Source: Ruditapes philippinarum (Eukaryota). Taken from it: a stretch of DNA of 64,000 bases. Below, one piece after another: positions 62,081-64,000 of the stretch. Below the pieces are notes generated by a model. The model ran no database searches and was not told the origin of the DNA. It saw only the letters and a list, made by a program, of their open reading frames with translations. A program made the position numbers and the translations under genes. The stretch spans positions 1 to 64,000 of the forward strand of contig NW_026854785.1 of the NCBI RefSeq assembly GCF_026571515.1. Reading direction: 5' to 3'. The number at the start of each line of letters is the position of its first letter. The stretch's first letter is position 1.

Positions 62081-63249
62081 ACATTACAAACTCCAGAGAA
62101 ATGTAATTTTCTTTGTTTGAGAGTAGCGAAAAAGAAGAAAATTAATTTCCCTGAATGTAATGAGTGACCGCTAGGTGTCGCTATTCGTATAATTTTTTGC
62201 ACGTGCAAAATTATTGATTCAATAGTCATTCAGCTTTGGACAGTCAGACTGGCCTGTACGCTTATTTTAAATTTTAGCAAGGTTTTCATATATTGTGGAC
62301 CAACATTATGTATAAATGATATTTCAAGTTTTTCATATAGATGTGACGTAATGAGATACACTTTTTATAAAGTAATATTGCTAGTATTTCATTTAAGTAT
62401 ATTTATGAAAAATAATGATATTATAAATGATTGCGTGTTTTGTAAAATTGTTAAACACATAATAGTCAAGTTTTACTGTATTATCATACAATAACAAAGT
62501 TCAAGTTGTATGATATCATATTTAAGTGTTCATCTGACTGTCTAGACGCTTACGCAAATACAGAATTTGTATTTGCAATTAGTTGTTGTTTTCTATTAAA
62601 ACAGTTTTAGGTATAGTCATACTCTTATGTAAGGGAAGGAAAAGTATAAAGGAATAAACAGAAATATTGTGAAGAAAAATAACTAATCCTTATTTCAGGA
62701 AAGATTAAAACACAAATAGGTATTATTTTGTGCTGAACTGTCATCTTCTTGTGAACGAATGATAAACAAATTGAAATGAAATCGTTTATTTAGAAATAAC
62801 TCTCTTGTTTTATTATTCCACAAAGTACTTCGTAACATACATTTTATACACAATTGAACTACTGATATCACTGGAATTTGCTGATAAGAATAAGATGCAC
62901 ATTATTACACAATTTCGATACAACCTATGAAGGATTTTTTGTAGAATTAAATAAGAATAAGCGCGTACCATTGCTCTCCTTTCTATAAATACCACGGATT
63001 TATTTTCAAGTGCATCAATTTGTGCAATGTTGTTTTTTGCACGAGAAAAAAAGAGGGTTATGAAGCAATTTTATAAGAATGATATTACACATGTAAATGA
63101 TACGTCATTTGCGTTATAAACAAAAGCGTAAATGCGCGCTAATGTTAGCGTTTCACATTGGTCATGCCAATGAAAAATGTTCTTTATTTTAACTGTAAAC
63201 CATTTCTTTTTTAAATTTTAGATATGTGTTGAGTAGAATATTATATTTG

Positions 63250-63678
63250 GTTTAAACATATTTATTCAACAAAACATTTAACAAGTGAACAATATTTACA
63301 AAGTACATTTTGGGATTGGGCAGAAAGCTATAAAGCTTATAAATGTCCTCTCCCAGTTATAATAATTTACATTAACAAAGTTCATGGCATTATCATACAC
63401 AACGGTTAGTTGAAGTATTCAAAGACATTCACATAATAGTTAAGAGTTAAGTATTTAGCAATGTAACATATGTAAGAGCAAACAGTAAAAAGGAGAAGAA
63501 AAAAAGATTGAAGAATAAAGCAACTCACAAAAAAGTACAAATAGACAAACACCTATCTTAGTATTTTTTTGTTTTAGAATTTAGTAAGAAGAAGAAAATA
63601 ATATCTTATTTGAATGCTTACAGCTGTATATTAGCAGATACGCACAATAGGTATACACTGAATATTTAAAGAAATATA
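63250..63678 (-). mobile_element. 5'-truncated non-LTR retrotransposon (LINE-like) 3' end
   Basis: The minus strand ends GGGAGAGGACATTTATAAGC...TGCCCAATCCC...TGAATAAATATGTTTAAAC. A direct repeat TATATTTG lies at 63242-63249 and 63679-63686. The element is absent at the paralogous site at about 35215. Confidence 0.6.
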
Positions 63679-64000
63679 TATATTTGTGTGAATTCAATTA
63701 GAAATTTATTTATAGTCGTTGGATAAGAAATATTATTGGCACGCCACCAGGTGCTCTCATTTAGCTTGATAAATAAATTAAATATTGAATCTTGTATCTT
63801 TCCAGTTAACAATTAAATGGTCTCAGACTCGCATAATATGATTTAATTCAACCTGTTCAAATAATTTAATATCAATCCTAGATTAATTGAATATTCTTTA
63901 TATAAAGTATTTACCATTCTGGACACCATAACGAATTTTGTTTTATTCCCACATCAGTTATGCTGTTAAATGTATTATTGAGTTAATGAGTTCAGTTTCA

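Larger units (their letters stand above)
50610..64000 (+). repeat. Segmental duplication, copy B (contains LHFPL6 copy 3); runs off the window end
   Basis: Collinear with 23400-35350. The offset is about 27.2 kb at the left end and grows to about 28.6 kb through copy-specific indels. Confidence 0.9.

Overview
AT-rich, intron-containing animal genomic DNA, most likely a bivalve mollusc. This is inferred from the C1q-domain gene pair and the Helentron/HINE-type repeats. Six protein-coding genes can be rebuilt from GT-AG exons. One is a minus-strand heparan-sulfate 6-O-sulfotransferase (HS6ST)-like gene whose middle exon is riddled with small indels. Two are tandem secreted coiled-coil + C1q-domain genes. 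Three are LHFPL6 (LHFP)-like tetraspan genes of 209 aa each. LHFPL6 copies 1 and 3 lie in a >=12 kb segmental duplication (about 23.4-35.4 kb vs 50.6-64 kb), which gives filled/empty comparisons for several insertions. Repeats include about six Helentron/HINE-like elements with internal 120-180 bp tandem arrays, three Sola-like MITEs, a decayed mariner, a Kolobok-like TTAA element, tRNA-derived SINEs, a LINE 3' end and two elements ending in a long one-sided hairpin. There is also a 3.8 kb array of about 61 copies of a 62 bp unit built on a conserved inverted repeat. No CRISPR, rRNA or intact tRNA was found. The best candidates for undescribed biology are the 62 bp hairpin array, the one-sided-hairpin mobile elements and the LHFPL6 expansion with a switched C-terminal PDZ-type motif. 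None is proven from sequence alone.
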